Below, one piece after another: positions 24,993-35,714 of a stretch of 64,000 nucleotides of DNA (the stretch's first letter is position 1; every line of letters begins with the position of its first letter). The notes beneath the pieces were generated by a model. The model saw only the letters and a program-made list of their open reading frames with translations. It had not been told where the DNA came from and made no database searches. The translations under genes and the position numbers were made by a program. The DNA is from Burkholderiales bacterium (GTDB lineage Bacteria; Pseudomonadota; Gammaproteobacteria; Burkholderiales; SG8-41): NCBI GenBank assembly GCA_036397875.1, contig DASWIC010000296.1, positions 13,347-77,346 of the forward strand. The letters run 5' to 3'.

Positions 24993-26137
24993 GCCGCGGG
25001 CCGCGGGCCGCGGCGCGCGGCGAGCTTCGCAGCCAGCCGGATCGCCTCGATCAGGCTACCGCGCCGGGCGCGGCCGGTGCCGGCGAGCTCGAGCGCGGTG
25101 CCGTGGTCGACCGAGGTCCGGATGATCGGAAGTCCCAGGGTGACGTTGACGCCGGCCCCGAAGCTCGCGTACTTGAGCACCGGCAGTCCCTGATCGTGAT
25201 ACATCGCCAGCACGCAATCGCATGCCTGCAACCGCCGCGGGTTGAACAGCGTGTCGGCGGGAAGCGGGCCTTCGACATCGAATCCTTCACGGCGCAGCTT
25301 CGCCAGCAGCGGGCTGATGATGTCGGCTTCTTCCCGGCCGAGAAAGCCCGCCTCGCCGGCGTGGGGGTTCAGCCCCGCAACGAGAATCCGTGGCCGCGGG
25401 ATCCCGAAGCGCGCGGCGAGGTCGCGCTGCAGCACACGCAGCGTGCGCTCCAGGCTCTGCGCCGTGACGTGGCGCGCGACCTCACCCAGAGGAAGATGCG
25501 TCGTCGCGAGCGCGACTCGCATGCCGCCCCCCACGAGCATCATCACCACGTGCTCGGCCCCGGTGTGCGCTGCGAGGAACTCGGTGTGCCCGGTAAACGC
25601 GATGCCGGCGTCGTTGATGACGCTTTTCTGCAGGGGACCGGTAACCATGGCATCGAACGACCCGTCGCGGCAGCCATCGGCGGCGATCTCCAGGGTGCGC
25701 AGAACGTAGCGACTGTTGGCCGGGTCGAGCCGCCCCGGGACCGCCGGCTGCGCGAGGGGCACGTGGAGCACCGTGAGCGCCCCGGCGCGGGGCGCCGTGC
25801 GCGCGCCGGCCGGGTGATCCGCCAGCTTGAGCGGCAAGCCCAACAGGCGGGCACGGCTCGACAGCAGCTCCCGGTCGGCGACGACGACGATATTCGCCGG
25901 CAGCCGCCGCCGTGAAAGCCCGACACACAGGTCGGGCCCGATGCCCGCCGGCTCGCCCGCCGTCACCGCGATGAGCGGAGTGTTGAGTTTTGCGTGCTTA
26001 ATGTTGAATGGGTCGAACGTCGCGCCCGGGCGCGCAGCCGATAACTTAACACTCGGGACCCAGTGCTCAAAACCAGGCGCTAGCGCTCGTCGAGGCGGTA
26101 CTCGATGTAGGCCCGGTCGCGGAGTTGCCGCACCCAC
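24989..26137 (-). CDS. pdxA: 4-hydroxythreonine-4-phosphate dehydrogenase (start uncertain)
   Basis: AVTAGEPAGIGPDL N-terminal motif and HTEFLA / TSVDHGTA motifs. The longest ORF starts at GTG 26137, which is inside surA. The next in-frame start I can see is GTG 25966. Confidence 0.88.
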   Translation of the reverse strand: MGAATPRPGLHRVPPRRALAPGFEHWVPSVKLSAARPGATFDPFNIKHAKLNTPLIAVTAGEPAGIGPDLCVGLSRRRLPANIVVVADRELLSSRARLLGLPLKLADHPAGARTAPRAGALTVLHVPLAQPAVPGRLDPANSRYVLRTLEIAADGCRDGSFDAMVTGPLQKSVINDAGIAFTGHTEFLAAHTGAEHVVMMLVGGGMRVALATTHLPLGEVARHVTAQSLERTLRVLQRDLAARFGIPRPRILVAGLNPHAGEAGFLGREEADIISPLLAKLRREGFDVEGPLPADTLFNPRRLQACDCVLAMYHDQGLPVLKYASFGAGVNVTLGLPIIRTSVDHGTALELAGTGRARRGSLIEAIRLAAKLAARRGPRPAA

Positions 26138-27453
26138 TCCTGATAGGACTCGTCGGATTTGCGCGCCCGTAATGCTGACTGCGCCGCCAGCCGCTGGCGG
26201 TCCCGTGACATGTCCTCGTCGCGCCGCTCGAGCACCTGGATCAGGTGCCAGCCGAAGGGCGTTTGAACCGGGGCGCTGGTCTCGCCCGGCTTGAGCACGT
26301 CCATCGCGCGTTCGAACTCGGGAACCGTGTCCCCCGGCGACAGCCAGCCGAGGTCGCCGCCCTTCGAACCGCTGGCATCCTCCGAGTGCAGGCGGGCCAG
26401 CTCCGCAAAATCAGCCTTGTTGTCCAGTCGTTCCTTGAGGGACTCGGCCCGCCGGCGCGCTTCGGCCTGTGGTATCAGCTCATTGGTCTTGATCAGGATG
26501 TGGCGGGCGTGGGTCCGTCGCACGATCACGGGCGCGCCCGCGCCGCGCCGGTCGTTCAGCCGGATGATATGAAAGCCGTTCGCGCTGCGCAGCAGAGGGC
26601 TCAGCCCGTCGGGCTGCAGGGGTTTCAGTGCATCGAGGAACAGCGCGGGCAGGCGCGCGCCATCGCGCCACCCCATGGCGCCCCCCCGCAACGCATCCGG
26701 CGCGTCCGAGAACGCCGCCGCGACCTGCCGGAAATCGGCGCCCGTGCTCAATTGCTGGTGCGCCTGCTCGGCGCGGCTGCGGCGGGCCTGGATCTGCTCC
26801 GGCCCCGCGTTCTCGGGAATCGTGACCAGGATGTGCGAGAGGTTGTACTGTTCGCCGCGCCCCGCAAGTCCCTGCTGGGCGTTGATGAAGCTTTCGATCT
26901 CGCCTTCACTCACCACGATCCTGTTGTCGACCTCGCGCTGCCGCAGGCGTCCCAGGGTGATTTCCTTGCGTATGTCCTCCCGGAAGCGGGCGAACGGGAC
27001 GCCGTCCTTTTCCAGCGTCGCGCGCAACTGCTCCAGGGTGAGCTTGTTTTCCTGCGCGATGCGCTGGATCGCCCGGTCGAGCTCCGAGTCGTCCACGCGC
27101 AGCCCGGTCTCCTTGGCGAGCTGAAGCTGCACGTGGTCGGTGATCAGGCGGTCGAGGATCTGCGTTTCCAGGGTCGCGCGTGGCGGCAGCGGGGTGCCCT
27201 GCTGCTTCAGCTGCAGGGTGGCGGCGTGGTAGCGCAGGTCGAGGTCGGCGCGGGTGATCACCTCGTTGTTCACTACGGCCACGATGCGATCGAGCACCAC
27301 CACCGGCCGCGGCTGCTGTGCCGGCGCGGGGCAGGCGGCGGCCCACAGCGCGCCGGCGAGCACGAGCGCGCACAGCGTGGGGCGCCCGACGGGCGAACGC
27401 CCACCGCCCGCTGGCGTGTCGTAGCCTCTAGTAGTAAGTCGAGCTCGCAGCAT
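26080..27453 (-). CDS. surA: periplasmic chaperone / peptidyl-prolyl isomerase SurA
   Basis: Signal peptide then VLDRIVAVVNNEVITRADLD. Two parvulin domains (HILV..., ARHILIK...; FGWHLIQVLERR). ATG 27453 gives 457 aa. The track ORF (555 aa) extends into lptD. Confidence 0.92.
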   Translation of the reverse strand: MLRARLTTRGYDTPAGGGRSPVGRPTLCALVLAGALWAAACPAPAQQPRPVVVLDRIVAVVNNEVITRADLDLRYHAATLQLKQQGTPLPPRATLETQILDRLITDHVQLQLAKETGLRVDDSELDRAIQRIAQENKLTLEQLRATLEKDGVPFARFREDIRKEITLGRLRQREVDNRIVVSEGEIESFINAQQGLAGRGEQYNLSHILVTIPENAGPEQIQARRSRAEQAHQQLSTGADFRQVAAAFSDAPDALRGGAMGWRDGARLPALFLDALKPLQPDGLSPLLRSANGFHIIRLNDRRGAGAPVIVRRTHARHILIKTNELIPQAEARRRAESLKERLDNKADFAELARLHSEDASGSKGGDLGWLSPGDTVPEFERAMDVLKPGETSAPVQTPFGWHLIQVLERRDEDMSRDRQRLAAQSALRARKSDESYQEWVRQLRDRAYIEYRLDER

Positions 27454-29713
27454 CGGGCCTGGGGGACCGTGGATCCAGCCGGGCATAGCCGGCGATATTA
27501 CGCCGCAGCGTTTCCATCGGGTTGGTGCCGATGCGCGACATGCCGGACAGCTCGAGCTGAATGAATATCGAGGTGGATGCATCTTGCGTGGTGGTTGCGA
27601 AGCGATGGGCGACCAGGCGCAGGGCCCAGCAGTCGGCAAGGTATTCCGCACCGAGGAGGGCCTCGAGCGTCCGACTGTCCTCCAGTGAGTAGTTCCAGCG
27701 TGCGAGTCCCGTCCAGCCCCGCCAGACCGGCCACTGGGCCGAAACATCGGTCTGGCGCAGGGTATCGATCGTCTCGCGGTAGCTCAGGTTGAGCACCCGC
27801 CCCGGAGCCGGCTGGTAGCGGACGCCGGCGTTGAACTTCTGGGTCTGGGAGAAATTGGTGCTGTATTGCAGCCCCACCTCGGCCCTCAGGTGCGGCGCAA
27901 CCGCCCCGGACAGCGCGGCGAGCAGATCGGAGCTCGAGCTCGTGCGTATGGGCACGCCGGGCAGGGTCACCGCCTGGTCCTCGAAATAGTAGCGTTGCGC
28001 GACGCCCAACCGCAGTCGCTCCGCACCCGTGTCGGCGCCGATGAGGCGCGAGGTGACGCCGAGGGTCAGCTGGTTGGCGTCGTTGATGCGGTCCCAGCCG
28101 GAGAACTGGTTTTCGGAATAAATGGTCGCGAAATTGATGTCCTGCTGGGCGCTGTCGAATACGGGGATGTTGCTCTGGTCGCGGAAGGGGATGTAGACGT
28201 AAAACAGCCGCGGCTCCAGGGTCTGCAGGAAAGGTGCGCCGCCAAGCGTGGTCGGCCGCTCGAATACGACGCTCGAGTCCGTGGTGAAAATCGGCAGGGC
28301 GCGGCTCTGGTCGGTGAATCCGGCGCTGTTCGAGTCGATGAGGTAGCGGGTCACGTTGACGCCAAGCTTGGGCGTTATGGAAGCATATGCCGTCTGCAGG
28401 GGCACGCTCAAGCTCGGGTAGGCGACCATGCGGGTGCCGGTGGTGAGCGTCGGATGGTCGAAGGTCGTGTATTGCCCGAAGAAGTCGAAATCCGAGCGCA
28501 GCACTTCGGCGCGCGCGGCGGACAAGGTGACCTGTGGCAGCCGGTCATACGGCGGCGTTACCGGCTGCAGGGGATCGGGCTGCAGCGTCTGCCACCGCTG
28601 AACCAGGGCACTCAGCCCGTAGCCGCCGGCGCTGCCCCAATTCCCGCCGCGGCCGATAGCGAGGTCATTCGGCAACTGGACCTGGGCCGTCTTGGAAATC
28701 TGTGTCGAGAGGTCGGTGAAGTAGGTGTCGTCCGATACCCGCTGCAGATTGAGCTTACCGAACCAGCCGCTGGGCAGCGTATGGTCGTGGCGGACGAAGT
28801 AGGCACTGCGCCGCTCCCCGTCCTTGGCGTCGTCGTTCGGCAACACCTCCGCGCGGGCTTCGCCAAGATAGGTCGGCTCGAGATAGCGGAACTCTCCGAG
28901 CACCTGCACGCCGCGCCGGGTCATGATGCGCGGCGAAACGGTCGCATCGCGGTTGGGCGCGATGTTCCAGTAATAGGGGATCGTGACCTCCACCCCGCCC
29001 GAGTCCGAGTTTCCGTAGTGCGGCGTGATGAAGCCGGACCTGCGCTCCTGGTGCAGCGAGAACGACAAGTAGGGCGAGTAGAAGATCGGCGCGCCCAGGA
29101 ACTCGATGGTCGCGTCGCGCGCGACGCCGAGGTCGCGTTCCTTGTCGATTTCCAGTTCGCCCGCGCGCAGGTACCAATCCTCGTTACCGGGGCCGCAGGA
29201 GGTGTGCCGAGCGCGCGCCGCGCGGTATCGGCCAGGGCCCTCGAACCATAGCTGCTCGGCGCTGCCGCGCGCATCCGCGTCGCGGAACTGCGGTTCGGCG
29301 CCGGGGGAAACGGCACGCTTGTGCAGCAGGTAGCTCGGATTCTCCATGGAGCCGCGTTCGGATCCCAGGTTGTATCGCAGGCGCGCGCCCTCCACCACAT
29401 CGGTTCCCCGCTGCATGCGCACGCTGCCCTGCGCGGCGAACTCCTCGGATGGCCTGTCGTAGCGCAACCAGTCGGCGGATACCGCCTGCCCCCGCCGTCT
29501 CAGCCGGACGTTGCCCTCGGCCTCGATCTCCTGCTCCTGGCGGCCGTGCAGCCGGTCCGCCTCAAAGAAAAGCGGAACTGCCTCCGTCAGCGAGGGCGGT
29601 ATGGGGAGCAGTGTGGGCTGCAACTTCAGCCTCAGTCCTTCTTGTGCGCGCGCCGTGAGCGGCAGCGCGCAACCGAGGGTCAGCGACAGCCACGTAATTA
29701 TCAGTTTTTTCAT
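27428..29713 (-). CDS. lptD: LPS-assembly outer membrane protein LptD
   Basis: MKKLIITWLSLTLGCALPLTARA signal peptide (ATG 29713), an OstA-like N-domain and a large beta-barrel with a C-terminal aromatic residue (..STYY). lptD-surA-pdxA-rsmA synteny. Confidence 0.93.
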   Translation of the reverse strand: MKKLIITWLSLTLGCALPLTARAQEGLRLKLQPTLLPIPPSLTEAVPLFFEADRLHGRQEQEIEAEGNVRLRRRGQAVSADWLRYDRPSEEFAAQGSVRMQRGTDVVEGARLRYNLGSERGSMENPSYLLHKRAVSPGAEPQFRDADARGSAEQLWFEGPGRYRAARARHTSCGPGNEDWYLRAGELEIDKERDLGVARDATIEFLGAPIFYSPYLSFSLHQERRSGFITPHYGNSDSGGVEVTIPYYWNIAPNRDATVSPRIMTRRGVQVLGEFRYLEPTYLGEARAEVLPNDDAKDGERRSAYFVRHDHTLPSGWFGKLNLQRVSDDTYFTDLSTQISKTAQVQLPNDLAIGRGGNWGSAGGYGLSALVQRWQTLQPDPLQPVTPPYDRLPQVTLSAARAEVLRSDFDFFGQYTTFDHPTLTTGTRMVAYPSLSVPLQTAYASITPKLGVNVTRYLIDSNSAGFTDQSRALPIFTTDSSVVFERPTTLGGAPFLQTLEPRLFYVYIPFRDQSNIPVFDSAQQDINFATIYSENQFSGWDRINDANQLTLGVTSRLIGADTGAERLRLGVAQRYYFEDQAVTLPGVPIRTSSSSDLLAALSGAVAPHLRAEVGLQYSTNFSQTQKFNAGVRYQPAPGRVLNLSYRETIDTLRQTDVSAQWPVWRGWTGLARWNYSLEDSRTLEALLGAEYLADCWALRLVAHRFATTTQDASTSIFIQLELSGMSRIGTNPMETLRRNIAGYARLDPRSPRPDAASSTYY

Positions 29714-29774
29714 CGAAAAGTGCGCATTCGGCGTGGTGCTAAAATCGCACAATTCACTGCTGAAGGCAATCCGC

Positions 29775-31501
<1,727 letters not shown>

Positions 31502-31557
31502 CGTCGCCTGCCGGCGCAGCCCGGTGCGGTCGGCGGTCGCGCCTTATAATTTGATCC

Positions 31558-32868
31558 ATGACGGCGGGCATCGACATGGGCGTCTATCAGCGGCGGCGAG
31601 CGCGGCTCGCCGCGGCGATGCTGGAAGGCGTTTCGGTCATTCCGACCGCGCCCGAGCGCACGCGCAACCGCGACGCGCACTACCCCTACCGTTTCGACAG
31701 CTACTTCTACTATCTCACCGGTTTCCGCGAACCCGCCGCGGCGCTGGTAATCGTCGCGGGTGCCGTCCCGAAGAGCATCCTGTTCTGCCGCGACAAGGAC
31801 CCCGAGCGGGAGATCTGGGATGGATTCCGCTACGGCCCGGAGGCCGCACGCGCGGCCTTTGGCTTCGACGAAGCGTGCTCGATCACCCAGCTCGACACGA
31901 GGATGCCGGAGCTCATTGCCGATCGCGATGCGGTCTACTGCCACCTGGGCGCCGACGCGGCGTGGGATGCGCGCGTAACGGCCTGGATCAACCAGGTACG
32001 GGAGCGAGCACGCACCGGCGTCACCGCTCCGCGGGCGGTCAAGGACGTGTACGCGCTGCTCGACGAGATGCGGCTCATCAAAGGGCCCGAGGAGCTCGCC
32101 GTGATGCGGCGTGCCGCCGCCATCACTGCCGGCGCGCACCGCCGCGCCATGCGCGCCGCGCGGCCCGGCCGGGCCGAGTTCGAGCTCGAGGCGGAGCTCC
32201 TGCACGAATTCCGGCGCCTCGGCGCACAGGCGCCCGCCTACAGTCCGATCGTCGCTGCGGGCCAGCACGCCTGCGTGCTGCATTACGTTCAGAATGACGG
32301 CGTGCTGAGGGACGGGGATCTGGTGTTGATCGACGCCGGCTGCGAGCTCGACGGCTACGCCAGCGACGTGACGCGCACCTTCCCCGTCGGCGGCCGGTTC
32401 AGCGGGCCGCAGCGGGAGATCTACGACCTGGTGCTGGCGGCGCAGTCGGCGGCGATCGCGGCGGTCAGACCCGGCGCGCCGTGGGACGCGCCGCATCGCG
32501 CGGCGGTCAATGTGCTGGCCCAGGGCCTGATCGACTTGAAGCTGCTCTCCGGCGGGCTTGCCGAAGTCGTGGAGACCGAGGCCTACAAGAAGTTCTACAT
32601 GCATCGCACCGGACACTGGCTCGGGCTCGACGTGCACGATGCCGGCGACTACAAGCAGCAGGGCGACTGGCGCGCGCTTGCGCCGGGCATGGTGCTGACC
32701 GTCGAGCCTGGCTGCTATCTGCGTTCCGGAGAGGGCGTGCCCGCCCACTTGTCCGACATCGGAATTCGCATCGAAGACGACGTGCTGGTGACGGAATCCG
32801 GTGCCGAAGTGTTGACCGGCGACGCGCCCAAGCGCCCGGTTGATATCGAAGCCTGGATGCGCGCGTGA
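31558..32868 (+). CDS. pepP: Xaa-Pro aminopeptidase
   Basis: 436 aa M24B peptidase. DGDLVLIDAG, HRTGHWLGLDVHD, VLTVEPG and IRIEDD metal ligands. An alternative ATG lies at 31576. Confidence 0.93.
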   Translation: MTAGIDMGVYQRRRARLAAAMLEGVSVIPTAPERTRNRDAHYPYRFDSYFYYLTGFREPAAALVIVAGAVPKSILFCRDKDPEREIWDGFRYGPEAARAAFGFDEACSITQLDTRMPELIADRDAVYCHLGADAAWDARVTAWINQVRERARTGVTAPRAVKDVYALLDEMRLIKGPEELAVMRRAAAITAGAHRRAMRAARPGRAEFELEAELLHEFRRLGAQAPAYSPIVAAGQHACVLHYVQNDGVLRDGDLVLIDAGCELDGYASDVTRTFPVGGRFSGPQREIYDLVLAAQSAAIAAVRPGAPWDAPHRAAVNVLAQGLIDLKLLSGGLAEVVETEAYKKFYMHRTGHWLGLDVHDAGDYKQQGDWRALAPGMVLTVEPGCYLRSGEGVPAHLSDIGIRIEDDVLVTESGAEVLTGDAPKRPVDIEAWMRA

Positions 32869-34013
32869 CGGCCGATTTTGACGTCCTGATCGTGGGCGGC
32901 GGACCGGTCGGTGCTGCGCTGGCGCTCGCCCTGCGCGGATCCGGCCTTGCCGTCGGGAGCATCGAGGCGCGGGTCCCGCACGCGCCCGCGGACGCGCGGC
33001 CGATCGCGCTTTCTTATGGGAGCCGCCTGATACTGGAGCGGCTCGGCGTATGGGACCGGCTTGCCGACGCCACCCCGATCCAGCGCATCCACGTCTCTCA
33101 ACGTGGCGGTTTTGGGCGGGTCGAATTGGACGCCCAGCAGGCGCGCCTGCCGGCGCTGGGCTACGTGGTCGATTACGGGGCGCTCGCCGAAGCGCTCGGG
33201 CGCGCATTGGAGGCAGGAGACGGCGCACGTGCGGTCCAAGCCACGGCGAGCGCGTTCGAAGCTGGAACCGATGCGACGGTCGTGCGATTTACGGCCGGCG
33301 GCGCCACCCAACGCGCGAGCGCAAGGCTGCTTGCCGTGGCCGATGGCGGCGCGCTACCGGTCGCCCGGATGCGCGTCCATGACTACGGCCAGGCCGCGGT
33401 AACGGCCCGTGTGTCGTGCAGCGCGCCGCATCAAAACGTTGCCTACGAGCGATTCACCCCGGAAGGGCCGCTGGCCCTGTTGCCCGCGGGGGAAGCGGTG
33501 GCACTGGTGTGGACGACCACCCCGGCGCACGCCCGGGAATCGTGCGCGCTGACCGAAGCCGGTTTCCTGGAGCGGCTCCAGGAGGGCTTCGGGAATCGCC
33601 TGGGACGATTCAGTTCGGCCAGCGGCCGCGCGTGGTACCCGCTCGCGCTGAAGGTTGCGGCCCACATTGCGGAACCGCGCACGGTCCTGGTCGGCAATGC
33701 CGCGCAGACCCTGCATCCGGTCGCGGGGCAGGGCTTGAACCTCGGGCTGCGTGATGCATGGGAGCTGGCGGCACTGCTGCGGGATTGCGACCGCGCCCGT
33801 GTCGGGGGACCGGAGTTGATCCGGGCTTATTCCGCCCGCCGCCGGTTCGACCGCACGGGCGGGATACTTTTTACCGACATGCTGGTGCGCCTGTTTTCCA
33901 ACGAGCTCGCGCCGCTCGGCTGGGCGCGCGGCTTGGGGCTCGCGGCACTGGGCGCGTTCCCGCCGGCCCGGGACCTCGTCGTGCGACGCATGATTTTCGG
34001 CGCGCGCGGCTAG
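32865..34013 (+). CDS. ubiH: FAD-dependent ubiquinone-biosynthesis hydroxylase (UbiH/UbiF/VisC family)
   Basis: DVLIVGGGPVGAALAL FAD fold and GNAAQTLHPVAGQGLNLGLRD. GTGA overlap with pepP; pepP-ubiH synteny as in E. coli. Confidence 0.85.
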   Translation: MTADFDVLIVGGGPVGAALALALRGSGLAVGSIEARVPHAPADARPIALSYGSRLILERLGVWDRLADATPIQRIHVSQRGGFGRVELDAQQARLPALGYVVDYGALAEALGRALEAGDGARAVQATASAFEAGTDATVVRFTAGGATQRASARLLAVADGGALPVARMRVHDYGQAAVTARVSCSAPHQNVAYERFTPEGPLALLPAGEAVALVWTTTPAHARESCALTEAGFLERLQEGFGNRLGRFSSASGRAWYPLALKVAAHIAEPRTVLVGNAAQTLHPVAGQGLNLGLRDAWELAALLRDCDRARVGGPELIRAYSARRRFDRTGGILFTDMLVRLFSNELAPLGWARGLGLAALGAFPPARDLVVRRMIFGARG

Positions 34014-34382
34014 TGCCGCTCCGGTTTCTCAGGGCATGATCAGCTGGCGTGCCAGCGCGGAACGGCACTCGCCCGGAAATTCAAGAACTTGACCGCAGTA
34101 CAGGCGCTTGCGCGCGGGAAACGCGCCAGCGCGCCGTTCGCTTTGTGGCGCCCAAAAAGTTACGCGCTGCCGCGCAAGCAGCGCTCGACATTTTCCGAAT
34201 AAGTGCTTACTTCGTCACGCGGTTTGATGGCGCCGCTGTCGTACGCGCCACGCATGTGGGTTCACTGCAACACCGAACAAAAAAAATTGCACGAATTGCT
34301 TTTATTGCGCGTGACGAGCGATTACAATGACGCCCTTCCCCGTAACGAACTTGCGAAAACAATCGCGGATCCGGCAGACGCG

Positions 34383-35390
34383 ATGCACATCGGCCCGTTC
34401 CAGCTCAAGAACAATCTGATCGTCGCGCCGATGGCGGGCGTCACCGACCGCCCGTTTCGCCAACTGTGCAAGACCCTGGGCGCCGGGATGGCGGTGTCGG
34501 AAATGGTGGCGAGCAATTCCCTGCTGTGGGGCTCGGCGAAGACGCGCCGGCGCGCCAACCACGAGGGAGAGGTCGACCCGATCGCGGTGCAGATCGCGGG
34601 CGCGGACCCCCGGATGCTGGCCGATGCGGCCCGCTACAACGTCGACCAGGGCGCCCAGATCATCGACATCAACATGGGCTGCCCGGCGAAGAAGGTGTGC
34701 AATGTCATGGCCGGCTCGGCGCTGCTCAACAACGAGCCGCTGGTCGGGCGCATCCTGGGCGCGGTGGTCGCGGCGGTGGCGGCGCCGGTCACGCTGAAGA
34801 TCCGTACCGGCTGGGATCGCGGCAGCAGGAATGCGCTGCGGGTGGCGAAGATCGCGGAGGCAGCCGGCATCCAGGCGCTCGCCATCCATGGCCGCACGCG
34901 CGCATGCGGTTTTGCCGGCGAGGCAGAGTACGACACCATCGCCGCGGTCAAGTCCGCGGTGAAGGTTCCGGTGATCGCCAACGGCGACATCGCGACACCC
35001 GAGAAAGTGAAGCAGGTGCTCGACTACACCCGCGCGGACGCCGTGATGATCGGGCGCGCGGCCCAGGGCCGGCCGTGGATGTTCCGCGAGATCCAGCATT
35101 ACCTGACCACCGGCGAGCGCCTATCGCCGCCGGAGGTGGCGGAAATACATCGCGTGCTGGTGGGGCACCTCAACGACCTCTACGAGTTCTACGGTGAGCA
35201 CGCCGGCGTGCGTGTCGCCCGCAAGCATATTTCCTGGTACACCAAGGGACTGGCCGGTTCGGCGGCGTTCCGCCACGCCATGAACCGGCTCGAGACCCGT
35301 CGCGAGCAGCTCGCGGCGGTCGACGAATTCTTCGCGCAGCTCGCCGGCCGCGGGCAGCGCCTCACCTACGTCGAGGAACCGGCAGCATGA
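34383..35390 (+). CDS. dusB: tRNA-dihydrouridine synthase B
   Basis: MHIGPFQLKNNLIVAPMAGVTDRPFRQLC and IDINMGCPAKKV. ATG 34383 was chosen; the track ORF begins at an upstream TTG. Confidence 0.93.
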   Translation: MHIGPFQLKNNLIVAPMAGVTDRPFRQLCKTLGAGMAVSEMVASNSLLWGSAKTRRRANHEGEVDPIAVQIAGADPRMLADAARYNVDQGAQIIDINMGCPAKKVCNVMAGSALLNNEPLVGRILGAVVAAVAAPVTLKIRTGWDRGSRNALRVAKIAEAAGIQALAIHGRTRACGFAGEAEYDTIAAVKSAVKVPVIANGDIATPEKVKQVLDYTRADAVMIGRAAQGRPWMFREIQHYLTTGERLSPPEVAEIHRVLVGHLNDLYEFYGEHAGVRVARKHISWYTKGLAGSAAFRHAMNRLETRREQLAAVDEFFAQLAGRGQRLTYVEEPAA

Positions 35391-35626
35391 TGAACGAAAA
35401 TGAGATGGCGCGCATGGTGCGCCGCGCAATCGAGGGCTATTTCAGGGATCTCGACGGCGAGAAGCCGTGCGCGGTCTATGATATGGTCATCCATTGCGTG
35501 GAAAAGCCCCTGCTGGAGAGCGTATTGCACCGCGTGCGCGGCAACCAGACCCACGCCGCGGAGATGCTGGGCATCAATCGCAACACGCTGCGCAAGAAAA
35601 TGCGGGTGCACGGCATCAAGTTCTAG
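35387..35626 (+). CDS. fis: DNA-binding protein Fis (short form)
   Basis: 79 aa. C-terminal [28 protein letters not shown] overlap with dusB. Confidence 0.9.
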   Translation: MMNENEMARMVRRAIEGYFRDLDGEKPCAVYDMVIHCVEKPLLESVLHRVRGNQTHAAEMLGINRNTLRKKMRVHGIKF

Positions 35627-35630
35627 GCCT

Positions 35631-35708
35631 CGGGATCCAGGATCCGGGATTCAGGGGCCGGCCGTCCGACGTCTCTGGCGGAATCCTGAATCCCGATTCC
35701 TGAATCCT
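35631..35708. repeat. heptad-repeat inverted repeat between fis and purH
   Basis: Arm 1: CGGGATCC AGGATCC GGGATTC AGG. Arm 2: GGAATCC TGAATCC CGATTCC TGAATCC TG. The arms are reverse-complementary with an 11-bp perfect core (CGGGATTCAGG / CCTGAATCCCG), flank a GC-rich loop of about 24 nt, and end 7 nt before the purH ATG. Confidence 0.6.
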
Positions 35709-35714
35709 GCCTCC

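Noticed and set aside
34014-34382. Hidden small gene or RNA in the 369-bp gap upstream of dusB (track ORFs 34049..34330 and the 34203 TTG extension)
   Set aside because: The ORFs have poor coding character, and I found no terminator or conserved-looking structure. The A-tract and AT-richer segment near 34280-34330 fits better with a dusB-fis promoter/UP region, but no hexamer pair had acceptable spacing, so it is not called.
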